From Azolla caroliniana (lineage: Eukaryota > Plantae > Polypodiophyta), in the NCBI GenBank assembly GCA_043228905.1, contig JBHGNT010000002.1, positions 7,626,001 to 7,690,000 on the forward strand: 64,000 bases of DNA, read 5' to 3'. Under the pieces are notes generated by a model. The model did not search any database, had not been told where the DNA came from, and saw only the letters and a program-made list of their open reading frames with translations. Positions 49,261 through 61,763 of the stretch are shown here, piece by piece. Position numbers and translations under genes: made by a program. Each line of letters starts with the position of its first letter. The stretch's first letter is position 1.

Positions 49261-52200
49261 AGCTAGAAGAAGACTACGACCAAGAAGCAGCAGATTACCT
49301 CAGCAACTTGATTGGAGAGAGGGGATTTTTACTGCCAAACTAATAGAAAAGGACACATCACATGGGAAAGTTAAAGGCCAAGAAACGGGCACAAAACTGA
49401 GTGTTATTCTGCATGACATTGAGCCATTTTAATCTGTCTTATTCTGTATGAGATTGAGCCAGTTTCTGTAGGAGATTGAAGAAAAGCAGATGGGATGCCA
49501 AAGAGAAACTAGTTGAGTATGTGATGAATACCCAATTGTTTTCAAGGGAAAGAAGGAGGTGGCAGTATTATGGGCTTTCATTATGGGTTTTGTTGGCTGT
49601 TTGATTTGTTCTATGGCTGCCTCATCGAGACGTCTCCAAAACATCGTACATTTTCAGCATATGATCCCATGGAATATAAATCAATGGTAGTGGCAAAGAA
49701 GTTAAATGGCAGAGAATGGTTTTGGTTGGACAATGTCCCACATGTTCAAGCAAAGGTGAATGGAAAAGAGGTGAGAGAATGGTTCGTGCTAAAGTGGAGG
49801 CCTTCTCAAGGTTTATATGTGGTCTTATAGCTCGACGTAGCAATGGAAGTTTCTCAAGGTTTATATGTGCTCTGCTAGCAAAGGTGTTATTGGCAACAAT
49901 GTAGTTTTTTTGATAATATGTATTTGTGCAGAGGAAACAGTATTATGTACTATTTGTATATTGCCTTTGGCTTTTTATTAATACTAATGGAGCATATTTT
50001 TATGGAAAAAAAAAAAACTTGTCAATGGTTCTCATCCTCTGACCACAATACCTTGATCTGGATACTAAAGGAGTAAGTATCCGACCCCGTGTTACTAAGG
50101 AGCAATAACAAAATTGACCGCCCACCGTTGAGTGACGAAATTGTTGATCCAGATTAAAAGGCTCACACATGGGGATGGGGAATGCCGCAATGCATATGGT
50201 CTCATTCGTTCGTTGTCCTATCATTAGTTGGTTGTTGAGAACATCAGTGAACCAGCAAGAAAAAATTCAACTGAACCCCCCAATCGCTCAAGACTTCAAT
50301 CAACAAATAGATTATCTTTTCATCGGAAATTCAGAAAGTGTTGACATCCACATGAGGCGATGTGATGGGCTAGCAAGGGATGTTTACATTTTGAACTATG
50401 AGAAACCATCCCTCACTCATCATGGGGAGTAGGGGACCTTGGGGTTTTGTGGAACTCTTGTTCAACCCTCTAAGGAAGAGGCTAGTGACCTTTTGCTAGC
50501 CTCCCCAAGCAAGCAAAGAAGAAAGTTAATATGAACCCATTTGTTCGACATGAAAATACGATATCTTAACCACTAGAAAAAAGGGACTTGGCTTTGAAAA
50601 CTTGATGAAGATGTCCTTGAATCCAACTAGATGTTTATGGGAAGAGGTTAAAGCACTATGATTTGTAGTAAATCCTCTCAATCCTATGACCTTTGGGTTA
50701 AGCATTTCCTACTATCTATAGGATGCATAGTCTCCACAATTCTACATACAAAATTTTTGGGCTTCAAAATGCCTAGATGACTCAAAAGTTCATATGTTCA
50801 GAGAAGTTTTAGGCAATAAGGTAAATAGGTAGGCTACAATTCTTGTTCAATCTGTGGACAGAGATATGCCACAAGAAGCCATAAGAAGCATAGCCAAAGA
50901 CGTGAAAAAGGACGGAGTGAAAGGTTACCCGCCCAATACACGAAAATAATCGAGGTGACAGGATTCAAACATATGGCCCTCTGTACCCAAAACAGATGCA
51001 CTACCAGACAACGCTACACCTCAGGGTTGGTTGGTTGCTTACTATGTGGGCCATCCCTAGTAGTAATGGTTGACAGTGTAACAGTTAAAGTGCGGAAGCT
51101 TGTACACAACAGACACAAGTGGCTTAGCCCAATAACAGTTCACAGTTAGGTATACACAAAATGAGGGTGAGAGAGAGAGAGATTGAGTTAGCAGAAAACA
51201 AAAAACTCTATTACAAAACTCTCAGTACAATCAATAAGCTCACAAAGCACTTTACATACAAGCCCCTAACAGTGGCCTAACACAAGTACTGACAAAGTAA
51301 TTAATGCTCTTCATGAGCTTTGACACCTAATTAAACATACCATTCGTAATACTATGTTAGGCCTCATGGCCCTATATACTAATGGCCTTGTTAGCCTATC
51401 GGCTTCCTCAGCCGATCCTTCAAGCCGATTTAGCTTCATGTTGATCTCACTTGTTACTCAAGAAGGAACCAACAAAAGTTATTTATTAGAGCCTAAGCCG
51501 CTTGGTTGGCACCTAATCTCTCATCAGTAAATCTCGGGAAGGGAAAAGGTCCAAGAAAGAAAGTCTTATGTCCTCGCATCAAGCAAGCAAGTTGCATCAA
51601 CCAAGCAGGAACCCTGTCGCATAGATCTTGATCCTCTATGGATATGGCGGTGTTTAGCGAGTGTACCTCCACGTTCTCCTTCTAATCTGACCTCCGAGAT
51701 TGACCGGTGATGAGGAGGGGAGGTGGGAGCTTTAGGCACCATAGCTATGGATGCCATTGGCTTTAGGTTTGATTTGCACTAGCACATACCCACACACATA
51801 GGCGTACACGCAACATAGACATAGAGACGCAATAGATAGATAGATTATATTATCGTCTTCGGAGGTCAAATATGACCTATGAGACAAAAAATCTTACATT
51901 TCACATGATACTTGTGAAAGTGAGTAGCGACTCTCGATTGTCAAGAACTTTACCAATGAATGTTGCGATCGAGAGTGCACATCGTGGTTGTGAGAGAAAT
52001 TCGTGCAAGGATTGGGCTTGGTCGAAGAGATGTGGAAAGCATAGTCAAATATGATCAAAGGCAGAGCATTGTATCAAAGTGTGATACTCAGACTCTCGAA
52101 CTTGTTTGGCAAAGTGTGCATAGCTGGCCACTCTCATCAGTTGTGCCCCAACGCCCCGTCTCACATCGCAATGCATGCGAGCTAAGTCGCATGGAAGCAA

Positions 52201-52661
52201 CGATTCGAATGACAGATATCAGGATGAGCTCTAACATGTATCGATGTGTATGGCTTTCCTGTTCCACAAAGAATATGGTTTTATAGTTAGGTGCAACATT
52301 TGTAGTATAATGTGTGAAGCATGAGCCTCTACATTTTTCCCACGTCATGATACATTGACGTTGTAAAAAGGCCTCATTTACAAAGGAATCGAGTGATGTA
52401 TCATGAAGCAAGTGTCTTGCATCCGATCTACCAAACCATTTTTCTAAATCTTGCATCCAACTGGAACACAAAATTTTGCTTTTATGTGTCTTTTGGATAT
52501 TTTTGCTTACTTCCCATGCAATTCTAGGAAGTCGATGTGAGGGGCCTTTTTGAACCTTACGCATGTATTCAACAACCCTTTCCATGGCCATGATCTCAAT
52601 GGGAAGCAATCCCGTCTTAAGGAGGAGGGTGTAGGGCGTTTGTTTCTTAGCTTGTAGAAAC

Positions 52662-53031
52662 TGTAGAAAGTAGCGTGCGGAAGCAAGTATGAAGACAGAA
52701 CAGAAGGAAGAACACTCAGGTTTAATGGAGAGCTTGAGCTTATGTAGTATACGCGGGAGAGACAGAGAGAGTGAGAGAGAAGACACTAGAAAAAAATATA
52801 TTCAAGAAAAACAACCATACATATATGTGTTCAATGAACTCTTTGTACAAGTCCTAGAAGGACTGACCGAAGTACTGACAGTACTTCAATGCTCATTAAG
52901 AGCTCCTACACTAACTCCCAAATATATTCCTCACGGAATATCTTTCCTAACGGCCTAACTGATCGGTCCCAACCGATCCGGTCCTTGGCTTCTTCAACCG
53001 ATCCGGCCGATGTTGAGCTTGTCTCTCAACA
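52662..53031 (-). repeat. 3' LTR of copia B
   Basis: Repeat of 63510-63862, which lacks 17 bp between two AAGTA micro-repeats. Confidence 0.94.
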
Positions 53032-53292
53032 CTCCCCCTCAAGCTCAACTTGAGGCTCTTCGGGATCTTCACAGCTCCGGTTCCTCTTGGCTTCACGCCT
53101 CGCTCGCGCTCCTCGACCTGTTCGACTCCGCGCGCTTCGACCCTTCCGGTCGGCTTGTCTGTTCATGTGGCCCTTATCAGCTCTTCTGCTGTTGCGGCGT
53201 CGACACTTCTTCCGCTGCCTTTTCTTCCGCTTGGGCCTCGGTTGATTCAACGTGTCTGAATCAAACATCCGAACCGACTCGGCTACCTCCGA

Positions 53293-56168
53293 TCAGTTTT
53301 CGCTCTTGTCCGAGTTGGCTATCTCCAACTCGTCTTCGGTCTTCTCGCCCTCGATGGCATCATCTCCCCCATGTGTGGTTGGCTTCGGCTCTCTCCTTCG
53401 GCTGCTCCCCTTCTGTCCGCTTCCGAACTTTTCCGCGGGTCCGCCCTCGGCTTCTTCAGCCGATCCGAAGTCGAACTCGACAACCGACTCGGTGTCCCGG
53501 TCTCCGCTCCTTTCCTGCTGCCTTGCTTGGTCGTTCGGAACTATTCTCCCCCTCAAGTTTGGCACATCGAGGTGACGCAATCCGAGTGCACCTGAGAATT
53601 GCCGCAACTTGTCCAAACCAAGAGGCTTGGTGAAGATGTCGGCAATCTGCCGATCCGTCGGCATGTACTGAAGTTCGACTTCACCGGAAAGGACACGCTC
53701 ACAGACAAAATGGTAGTGCACCTCAATGTGCTTGGTCCGTGCGTGGAAAATGGGGTTCTTCGCGAGCTGGATGCTGCTGAGGTTGTCGCAGTAGATCGTT
53801 GTCGGATTTGACACCTCCGCTTGCAGGTCCTTAAGTAGCCGCTTCAACCATATGGCTTCGCATGTCGCGACAGCCGCTCCTCGGTACTCAGTTTCGGTGC
53901 TCAACAGTGCAACTGTCGGCTGCTTCTTACTGCTCCACGCGATCGCGGCACTCCCGAGGGAGAACGCGTATCCGGACGTGGATTGGCGATCGGCGGCGTT
54001 GCTAGCCCAATCAGCATCGGTGTAGCTGACTAACTGCGCGGCTGCATCGGTCCGATATAGGAGTCCGCGGTCCTTAGTGCTGCTTACGTACCGCAGTACG
54101 TGTTGCGCACACTGAAGGTGCTCCTCGGTAGGTCGCGCCATGAACTGACTGATCACCCCGACCGGATAACTGAGGTCGGGTCGGGTGATGGTCAAGTATA
54201 TGAGGCTTCCGACAATTTGTCGGAACCTCGTCGGGTCGCATACCTTTCCCGTATCGGGACAAAGCTTGATGGTTTTGTCCAGAGGAGTCGAGACGGACTT
54301 ACAATCGGCCATCCCGAGTTTGAAGAGCATACCCAACACGTAATGACGTTGGCTGATCAATATGCCTTCGGGGGTACGGATCACTTCGATCCCGAGGAAG
54401 TAATGAAGGTCCCCCAGATCCTTCACGTCGAACGATGCCGCTAGCTGGAGCTTCACGCGGTCGATTTCACCTAGGTCAGCGCCGGTGATGACCAAGTCAT
54501 CGACATATAGTAGAATACTAACCGGTCTGAGTCGACCTTTCCGGATGAATAGGGAAGAGTTCGATTTTGATGTGATGAAGCCTATGCGACGCAGTTATTG
54601 CGTGATCTTCGCATTCCAGGCACGCGAGGCTTGCTTCAGTCCGTAAAGGGACTTCTTCAGTCGGCATACTGCCGAGGAGTTCGTTCCGGAGTGAAATCCG
54701 GGGGGCTGTACCATGTACACTTGTTCCTCAAGGTCACCTTGCAGGAACGCATTCTTTACATCCACTTGATGTAGGTGCCACCCCTTGGCCACGGCTACTA
54801 CGAGCAAAACACGGACGGTCGTCATTTTCGCGACCAACGCAAATGTCTCATCGTAGTCGATGTCGTGTTTCTGCGCGTAGCCCTTTGCCACTAGCCGAGC
54901 CTTGTACCGGTTGACCGAGCCATCGGTGTTGTACTTGACTTTGTACACCCACCTACACCCGATCGGTTTTACCCCTCTTGGTGCGTCAACCAGGTCCCAG
55001 GTCTCGTTCTCCACCAATGCGTGCATCTCTTCCTCCATTGCGGCACGCCAAGTCGCGTCTTTAGCCGCTTCTACGTAGCTCTCCGGCTCACGCACTTCCG
55101 CTACACGGGTCATGTATGCATAATGATGCGCCATGTATTCGTTGTATCCGAACCGCAAAACAGGATTCTTCTAGCGGGTAGATTGGCGTAATCTCGCATT
55201 AGCCGATGTCGAGGCCTTCTCGGTCGACGCGGACTTCACTTTTAAAGACCGGTCACCGGTTCCCTTGGAGTCGGACTCGTGTTGGTTTGACTCGTTCCTA
55301 TCTGTGCCGGAATCCGACACCTTCTTCTTCCCTTTCTCTTTGCGCGTAAGCCGTCTCCTCGGCTTCCTACGCGGGGAATGCACGGCCGAGTCTCCACTAC
55401 TCGCCGACTCTTCATCGGACTGGTCGTACCGACTCAGTCGTCCAATCGATCCACTTAACCGGAGTGAAATCGGACTCTCTGCGCGGGTCTCGATTTCGGG
55501 CTCATCCGGAGGCATCTCGGCCTCGCTGACCTCATCGTCAGAGCTCGGATTGGGGGTAGGGTTCGGAGTCGGGAGTAGGTACCAGGACGCGGACTCGTCA
55601 AACACAACGTCGCGGTTGACACGCGCTTGTTTGGTGCGAGGGTTATAGCACTTATAACCCTTCTGCTCGTCCGAGTAACCAACCAAGATGCATTTCTCGG
55701 CCTTTGCGTCCAGCTTCCTCCTTTTCTCCTTCGGTATATGCACATACGCAATGCTACCAAACACCCTCAAGTGTCACAAGTTCGGCTTCGTTCCGAAATA
55801 TAGCTCGTGCGCCGACACTTTGTCTCCGATCCGGTTCTGGATGTATACCGCGGTCCTTACTGCCTCGGCCCATCAGAACTTGGGCAAGCTCTTCTCCTCC
55901 AGCATTGCCCGTGCCGCTTCCACAACTAACCGATTCTTCCTCTCGGCCACGCCGTTCTGCTCCGGCGTGTATCTCCAACTGAATTCGCGCCAAATTCCCA
56001 TTTGTTGTAGATAACCATTGAATTGACCGGAGAAGTACTCTTTCCTGCCATCCGACTGCAGACACTTGATCTTTCGTCCCGTTTCCATTTCCACGAACCC
56101 TTTGAGGTCCCGAAAGCAGTCGAAGACTTCGCTCTTCCTCTCAATGAGGTAGATCCACGTGTGCCGCG
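53293..56168 (-). pseudogene. Copia B integrase core, RT and RNase H, with stops and a frameshift
   Basis: [42 protein letters not shown]. Confidence 0.92.
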
Positions 56169-56922
56169 TGTTGGGAGACAGGTCCCTCCGGATGGGAAGG
56201 GAGAAGAACATAACCGGATGATACAGACCCGGTATGAACCGGATGAGGAGTACCCGGCTACGAAGAGCCGGATGATGCAGGCCCGGTATGAACCGGATGA
56301 GGAGTACCCGGCTACGGAGAGCCGGATGGTGCAGGCCTGGTATGAACTAGATGAGGAGTACTCGGCTACGGAGAGCCGGATGGTGCAGGCCCGGTATGAA
56401 CCGGATGAGGAGTACCCGGCTACGGAGAGCCGGATGATACAGGCCCGGTATGAACCGGATGAGGAGACATATTCGTAAATATGTTTCTGAGAGCCTATCG
56501 AGGCTACATTTGTAAATAGCCGAAAAGTCATATTAGTATAAATATGACTTAGGGCAAACTTTTAGTAATAGTTGTTGTCATTTTTCCTTGTTGGTGCAAG
56601 AAGAAGAGAGAGTGCGTAACTGTACAGAGAGAGAGAGAGAGAGAGACGAGGTCGTTGCTTCTGTTGTAACCGCCGCCTGTGGCGAAGATCTGTGAGCACG
56701 AGGTTGTTGCCTCAGTGAACTCACTGTTGTATATTCCTACATAGTGACAATTTGCAGCCTGTGGGCTGCCGTGGTTTTTTCCCCTAGTTTGGGGTTTTCC
56801 ACGTAAACCTCCTGTGTATTCTCTCCCTCTTTGTGTCGCGTTTTATTTCCCGTTTTTCTGTGTATCATTCTAAGCTCGGTTGTGGCCGAGTGTTGCGCAT
56901 AAGGAACGTTGCGTTCCCGTCA
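56169..56922 (+). repeat. 5' LTR of copia C, with a 57-bp tandem repeat at about 56213-56466
   Basis: Repeat of 61014-61763; about 4.5 copies of CCGGATG..CAGGCCCGGTATGAACCGGATGAGGAGTACCCGGCTACGGAGAG. Confidence 0.95.
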
Positions 56923-56972
56923 AGTGGTATCAGAGCGAAATCGACACAGAAAATAGACGAATCATTTGGCGG

Positions 56973-59900
56973 CATGTTCAAGCTCACCGGCCCCAACTAT
57001 TCAGTATGGAAGTCGAAGATGAGGGACATGCTCGTTGTTAAAGACCTCTGGCTGCCGGTTCAGTTCGGGGACAAGAGACCGGACAAAATCGACGCCGCGA
57101 TATGGGAGGTGATGCACATGAAGACAACGGCGTACATACGGTGCTTCATCGACATGAGCCTGTACAACAACTTCAATGAAGAGAGCAAGGCTCATGAGCT
57201 CTGGGAGAAGATCGGCATAATGTTTCAAAACAAAAATGTTGTTAATCAGGTTTCAGTATTCCGGAAGCTAGTAAGACTCCGGTACCAAGATGGCTCCAGC
57301 ATGGCGGAGCATATGAATGCCTTCCAGGGGCTGATACACCAGGCAACGTCATTGGAAGTACCTCTTGCCGATGAGGTACTAGCGCTACTCCTGCTCGGTT
57401 CCCTCCCGGATAGCTGGGAGACGTTGGTTGTCACTTTGGGCAACACCGGGCCGGAAGGAAAACGGTTATCCCTAGCAAGAGTAAAGTCGAGCTTGCTAGA
57501 TGAGGAGGCGCGTCGGAAGGATAAAGATACGAGCTCCGACTCCAAAGCGCTCCTTACCGAATCGGAACGCGGAAGACATAGAAACCGTAGTCCCTAGAAC
57601 CAGGAGATGTTGGGGACACGGTCAAAGTCAAGAGGGAGGCCTACTTGCTTCTATTGCGGCAAACCGGGACACTTCCAAAAGAACTGTCGGCATTTCCGTA
57701 AAGACAAGGAAACCGACGGTACCGATTCGAAGCAAACCCTAGACCGAAACGGTAAAGACCGAAATGGTAAAGACCGGAGGGGGCTGGACCGGAAGGGAAC
57801 GACGGCAATCGCGGCAAGTGAAGAAGAGTTGATGCTCATCACCGAGGAGAGTGAAATAAACCTTGCCGGCGACGAGATGACCTGGGTGGTAGACTCCGGA
57901 GCGTCGTTCCACCTTACCCTGGACCGGAAATGCTTCTCATCCTACTCAGCCGATGACCACGGTTGTGTCCGGATGGGGAATGAAGGTACATGCCGAATTG
58001 TCGTCATGGGAGATGTGTGGCTGTCAACACCAACCAGATGCAAGTTGCTGCTGAAGGATGTCCGACACGTTCCGGAGGTTCGTCTGAACCTGATATTAGC
58101 CGGTCGGCTAGATGATGAAGGCTACATGGGTAGCATCCGGAACGGTGTCATGAAGTTCAGCAAAGGGAGCCTGATTGTGGCTCGGGCCCGGAAGGTCAAC
58201 ACGCTGTACCTGATGAATGCCCGGTTATGTCCGGAAGGAGTGAACGTGGCATCCGACACTGCTAGTGAGCTGTGGCACAAGAGGTTGTGTCATATGAGCG
58301 AGAAGGGGATGAAGAGGCTTGCAGACGACAACCTCATTCCAGTGAAGAACGTGCACTTACAGAAGTGCACTAATTGTCTGGCCGGTAAGCAGAACTGGAC
58401 CTCTTTCCGACCAAAGCCACCGATGAGACGTAATGCACCACTGGAGTTGGTGCATACGGATGTGTGTCAAGTAGACACAAAGTCACATGCCGGAGTGTAG
58501 TACTTCGTGACGTTCATAGATGACCACAGCCGGAAGTTGTGGGCCACACCGTTGAAGACAAAAGATCAGGTGTTATCCGTCTTCAAAGAGCTCCATGCGA
58601 GAGTGGAAAGAGAAACCGGCCGGAAGCTGAAGGCAGTTCGAGCAGATAACGGAGGAGAATACTGGGGGCAGTTCGAGGAGTACTGCCGCTCGAAGGGAAT
58701 CCGGCTCGAATTTACCGTGCCGAAGACGCCAGAACTAAACGGACTTGCCGAGAGGATGAACCGGACCATAATGGAGAGGGTCCGGAGTATGCTAGCACAT
58801 GCAAAACTACCCAAGAAGTTTTGGGCTGAGGCATTGTCGACGGCGACATATGTGATAAACAGATCACCCTCAGTACCCTTGGACGGAGACACGCCACAGA
58901 GAGTGTGGACCGGTAAGGAAGTATCCTACCGGCATCTGAAGGTGTTCGGGTGTCTTGCTTATGTACATGTAGCTAAGGACCGGAGAGGTAAGTTAGATCC
59001 AAAGACCCGGCCATGCATATTCCTCGGTTACGGTGACGATGAGTTCGGCTACCGAGTGTGGGACCCGGTTGACAAGAAGGTATTCCGGAGTCGAGATATT
59101 ATCTTCATGGAGGACAAGATGCTCGCCGACTGGGAGTCGGAGAAGAAGATAATGAACTCTGAGTCGACCGGTAAGGATAGACTCTACGATGAGCAGACCC
59201 AACCGGCAAGAGACCGGTTAGCACTCGAGGAACCAGCCGGTTACGGTGAGGATACCGAACCGGCAGATGAAGAGGTAGAGGAAGCTGAGACCGGAACCGG
59301 CCAAGACCCCGAATCGGATTCGGATGAAGAGCAAATGGAGGAGCCGGTTACCGAAGCCCGAAGACGGAGATATCCTCTCAGAGAGAGAAGGGCCCCCCGG
59401 AGATTTCCGGATGCAGAGCATGTTCTGCCGACCAATGAGGGGGAGCCGGAAAGCTTCGAAGAAGTGAGGGAAGACACCCACAACCGAAAATGGTTAAGTG
59501 CCATGCAGGATGAGATGGATTCCCTGCATGAGAACCATACATACAAATTGGTGGAGTTGCTGAAAGGAAAGCGGGCACTCCGAAACAAGTGGGTGTACAA
59601 GTTGAAACCGGGAGATGCCGGAAACCCCCCGAGATACAAAGCCAGGATCGTGGTGAAGGGGTTCCAACAGAAGAAGGGCGTGGACTTCGACGAGATATTT
59701 GCCCCGGTAGTAAAGATGACCTCCATCCGGATGGTGATGAGTATAGCGGCAAGCATGGACCTCGAGGTAGAGCAGCTGGACGTGAAGACGGCATTCCTTC
59801 ACGGCGACCTCGAAGAGGAGATCTACATGCAGCAACCGGAAGGATTTGTGGAGAAAGGGAAGGAGCACCTGGTATGCCGGTTGAAGAAGAGCCTGTACGG

Positions 59901-61003
59901 ACTGAAGCAGGCTCCCCGGCAATGGTACCGGAAGTTCGACTCCTTCATGACCGATCAAGGGTACCACAAGACGTAGGCCGACCACTGCGTGTTTTTGAAG
60001 AAGTTTGAAAGAGGCGACTTCCTGATACTCCTTCTATACGTGGACGACATGTTGATCGTCGGACGGGACCAAGTCAAAATACGGATGCTGAAGAAGGCTC
60101 TCAACCGGACCTTCTCAATGAAAGACTTGGGTCTGGCAAGACATATGTTGGGGATGCACACCATCCGGAACCGGTCAGCGAAGCAATTATGGCTGTCACA
60201 GGAGAAGTATATGACAAAGGTGCTTCACCGGTTCAACATGTCAGATGCGAAACCGGTTGGATCGACACTTCCGGCAAACTGCAAGCTATCCGGTAAGCAA
60301 AGCCCGAAGACGAAAGCAGAGAAGGCGGATATGATGAAGATCCCATACGCCTCTGCCGTCGGGAGCTTGATGTACGCAATGGTTTGTACCCGACCGGACA
60401 TTGGATACGCAGTCGGAGTGGTGAGCCGGTTTATGAGCAATCCCGGCAAGGAGCACTGGAACGCGGTCAAGTGGATACTCCGGTACTTGAAGGGCACTTC
60501 AAATATGTGTCTCCGATTCGGCTCCGGAAAACCTCAACTGGACGGTTTCACCGATGCGGACATGTCGACTGATGTGGATACCAGCCGGTCTACATCCGGG
60601 CATGTGATGACATATGCGGGGGGGAGTTATTTCGTGACAGAAGACGGTTGCATTGTCAACCACAGAGACGGAGTACATGGCGGCTGTGGAAGCCGGCAAG
60701 GAAATATTATGGATGAAGGACTTCATCGGAGAGCTCGGTATCCGGCAAGAGGAATACCGACTCTACTGCGACAGTCAAAGTGCCATCCACCTTGCTAAGA
60801 ATGCGGCCTACCATTCTCGGACGAAGCATATCCAGTGAAGATATCACTGGATCCGGGAAAGAGTAGATGACCAGGAGTTCTCACTGACGAAGATCCACAC
60901 GGCAGAGAACGGATCAGATATGCTGACCAAAGTGCTGACACCTGACAAGCTGGACGCATGCCAGAAGAGAATCGGACTGGTAAGACACCCCATGCCGGAG
61001 TGA
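56973..61003 (+). pseudogene. Copia C gag-pol with premature stops and an RNase H deletion
   Basis: CFYCGKPGH, WVVDSGASFH, FIDDHSR, QLDVKTAFL, LYVDDML. Stops at 57595, 58498, 59974 and 60836; frameshift near 60630. Confidence 0.93.
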
Positions 61004-61013
61004 AGGGGGAGTT

Positions 61014-61763
61014 TGTTGGGAGACAGGTCCCTCCGGATGGGAAGGGAGAAGAACAGAACCGGATGATACAGACCCGGTATGAACCGGATGAAGAGTACCC
61101 GGCTACGGAGAGTCGGATGATGCAGGCCCGGTATGAACCGGATGAGGAGTACCCGGCTACGGAGAGCCGGATGGTGCAGGCCCGGTATGAACCGGATGAG
61201 GAGTACTCGGCTACGGAGAGCCGGATGGTGCAGGCCCGGTATGAACCGGATGAGGAGTACCCGGCTACGGAGAGCCGGATGATACAGGCCCGGTATGAAC
61301 CGGATGAGGAGACATATTCGTAAATATGTTTCTGAGAGCCTATCGAGGCTACATTTGTAAATAGCCGAAAAGTCATATTAGTATAAATATGACTTAGGGC
61401 AAACTTTTAGTAATAGTTGTTGTCATTTTTCCTTGTTGGTGCAAGAAGAAGAGAGAGTGCTTAACTGTACAGAGAGAGAGAGAGAGACGAGGTTGTTGCC
61501 TCTGTTGTAACCGCCGCCTGTGGCGAAGATCTATGAGCACGAGGTTGTTGCCTCAGTGAACTCACTGTTGTATATTCCTACATAGTGACAGTTTGCAGCG
61601 TGTGGGCTACCGTGGTTTTTTCCCCTAGTTTGGGGTTTTCCACGTAAACCTCCTGTGTATTCTCTCCCTCTTTGTGTCACGTTTTATTTCCCGTTTTTCT
61701 GTGTATCATTCTAAGCTCGGTTGTGGCCGAGCGTTGCACATAAGGAACGTTGCGTTCCCGTCA
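61014..61763 (+). repeat. 3' LTR of copia C
   Basis: Follows the PPT; ends TCA followed by the TSD. Confidence 0.95.

Larger units (their letters stand above)
56169..61763 (+). mobile_element. Ty1/copia element C (Tnt1/Tork-like, related to D), full length, 5595 bp
   Basis: LTRs 56169-56922 and 61014-61763; TSD CCGCG at 56164-56168 and 61764-61768; PBS TGGTATCAGAGC at 56925-56936; PPT GAAGGGGGAG. Confidence 0.97.

Noticed and set aside
50860-51474. Possible 5' LTR of copia remnant E on the minus strand
   Set aside because: LTR-like composition and a TGTTGG start, but no clear PBS, partner LTR or TSD.
52088-52786. 232-aa ORF as a host gene
   Set aside because: It is a chimera of copia B LTR sequence and the LINE C-terminus across the insertion junction at 52661/52662.
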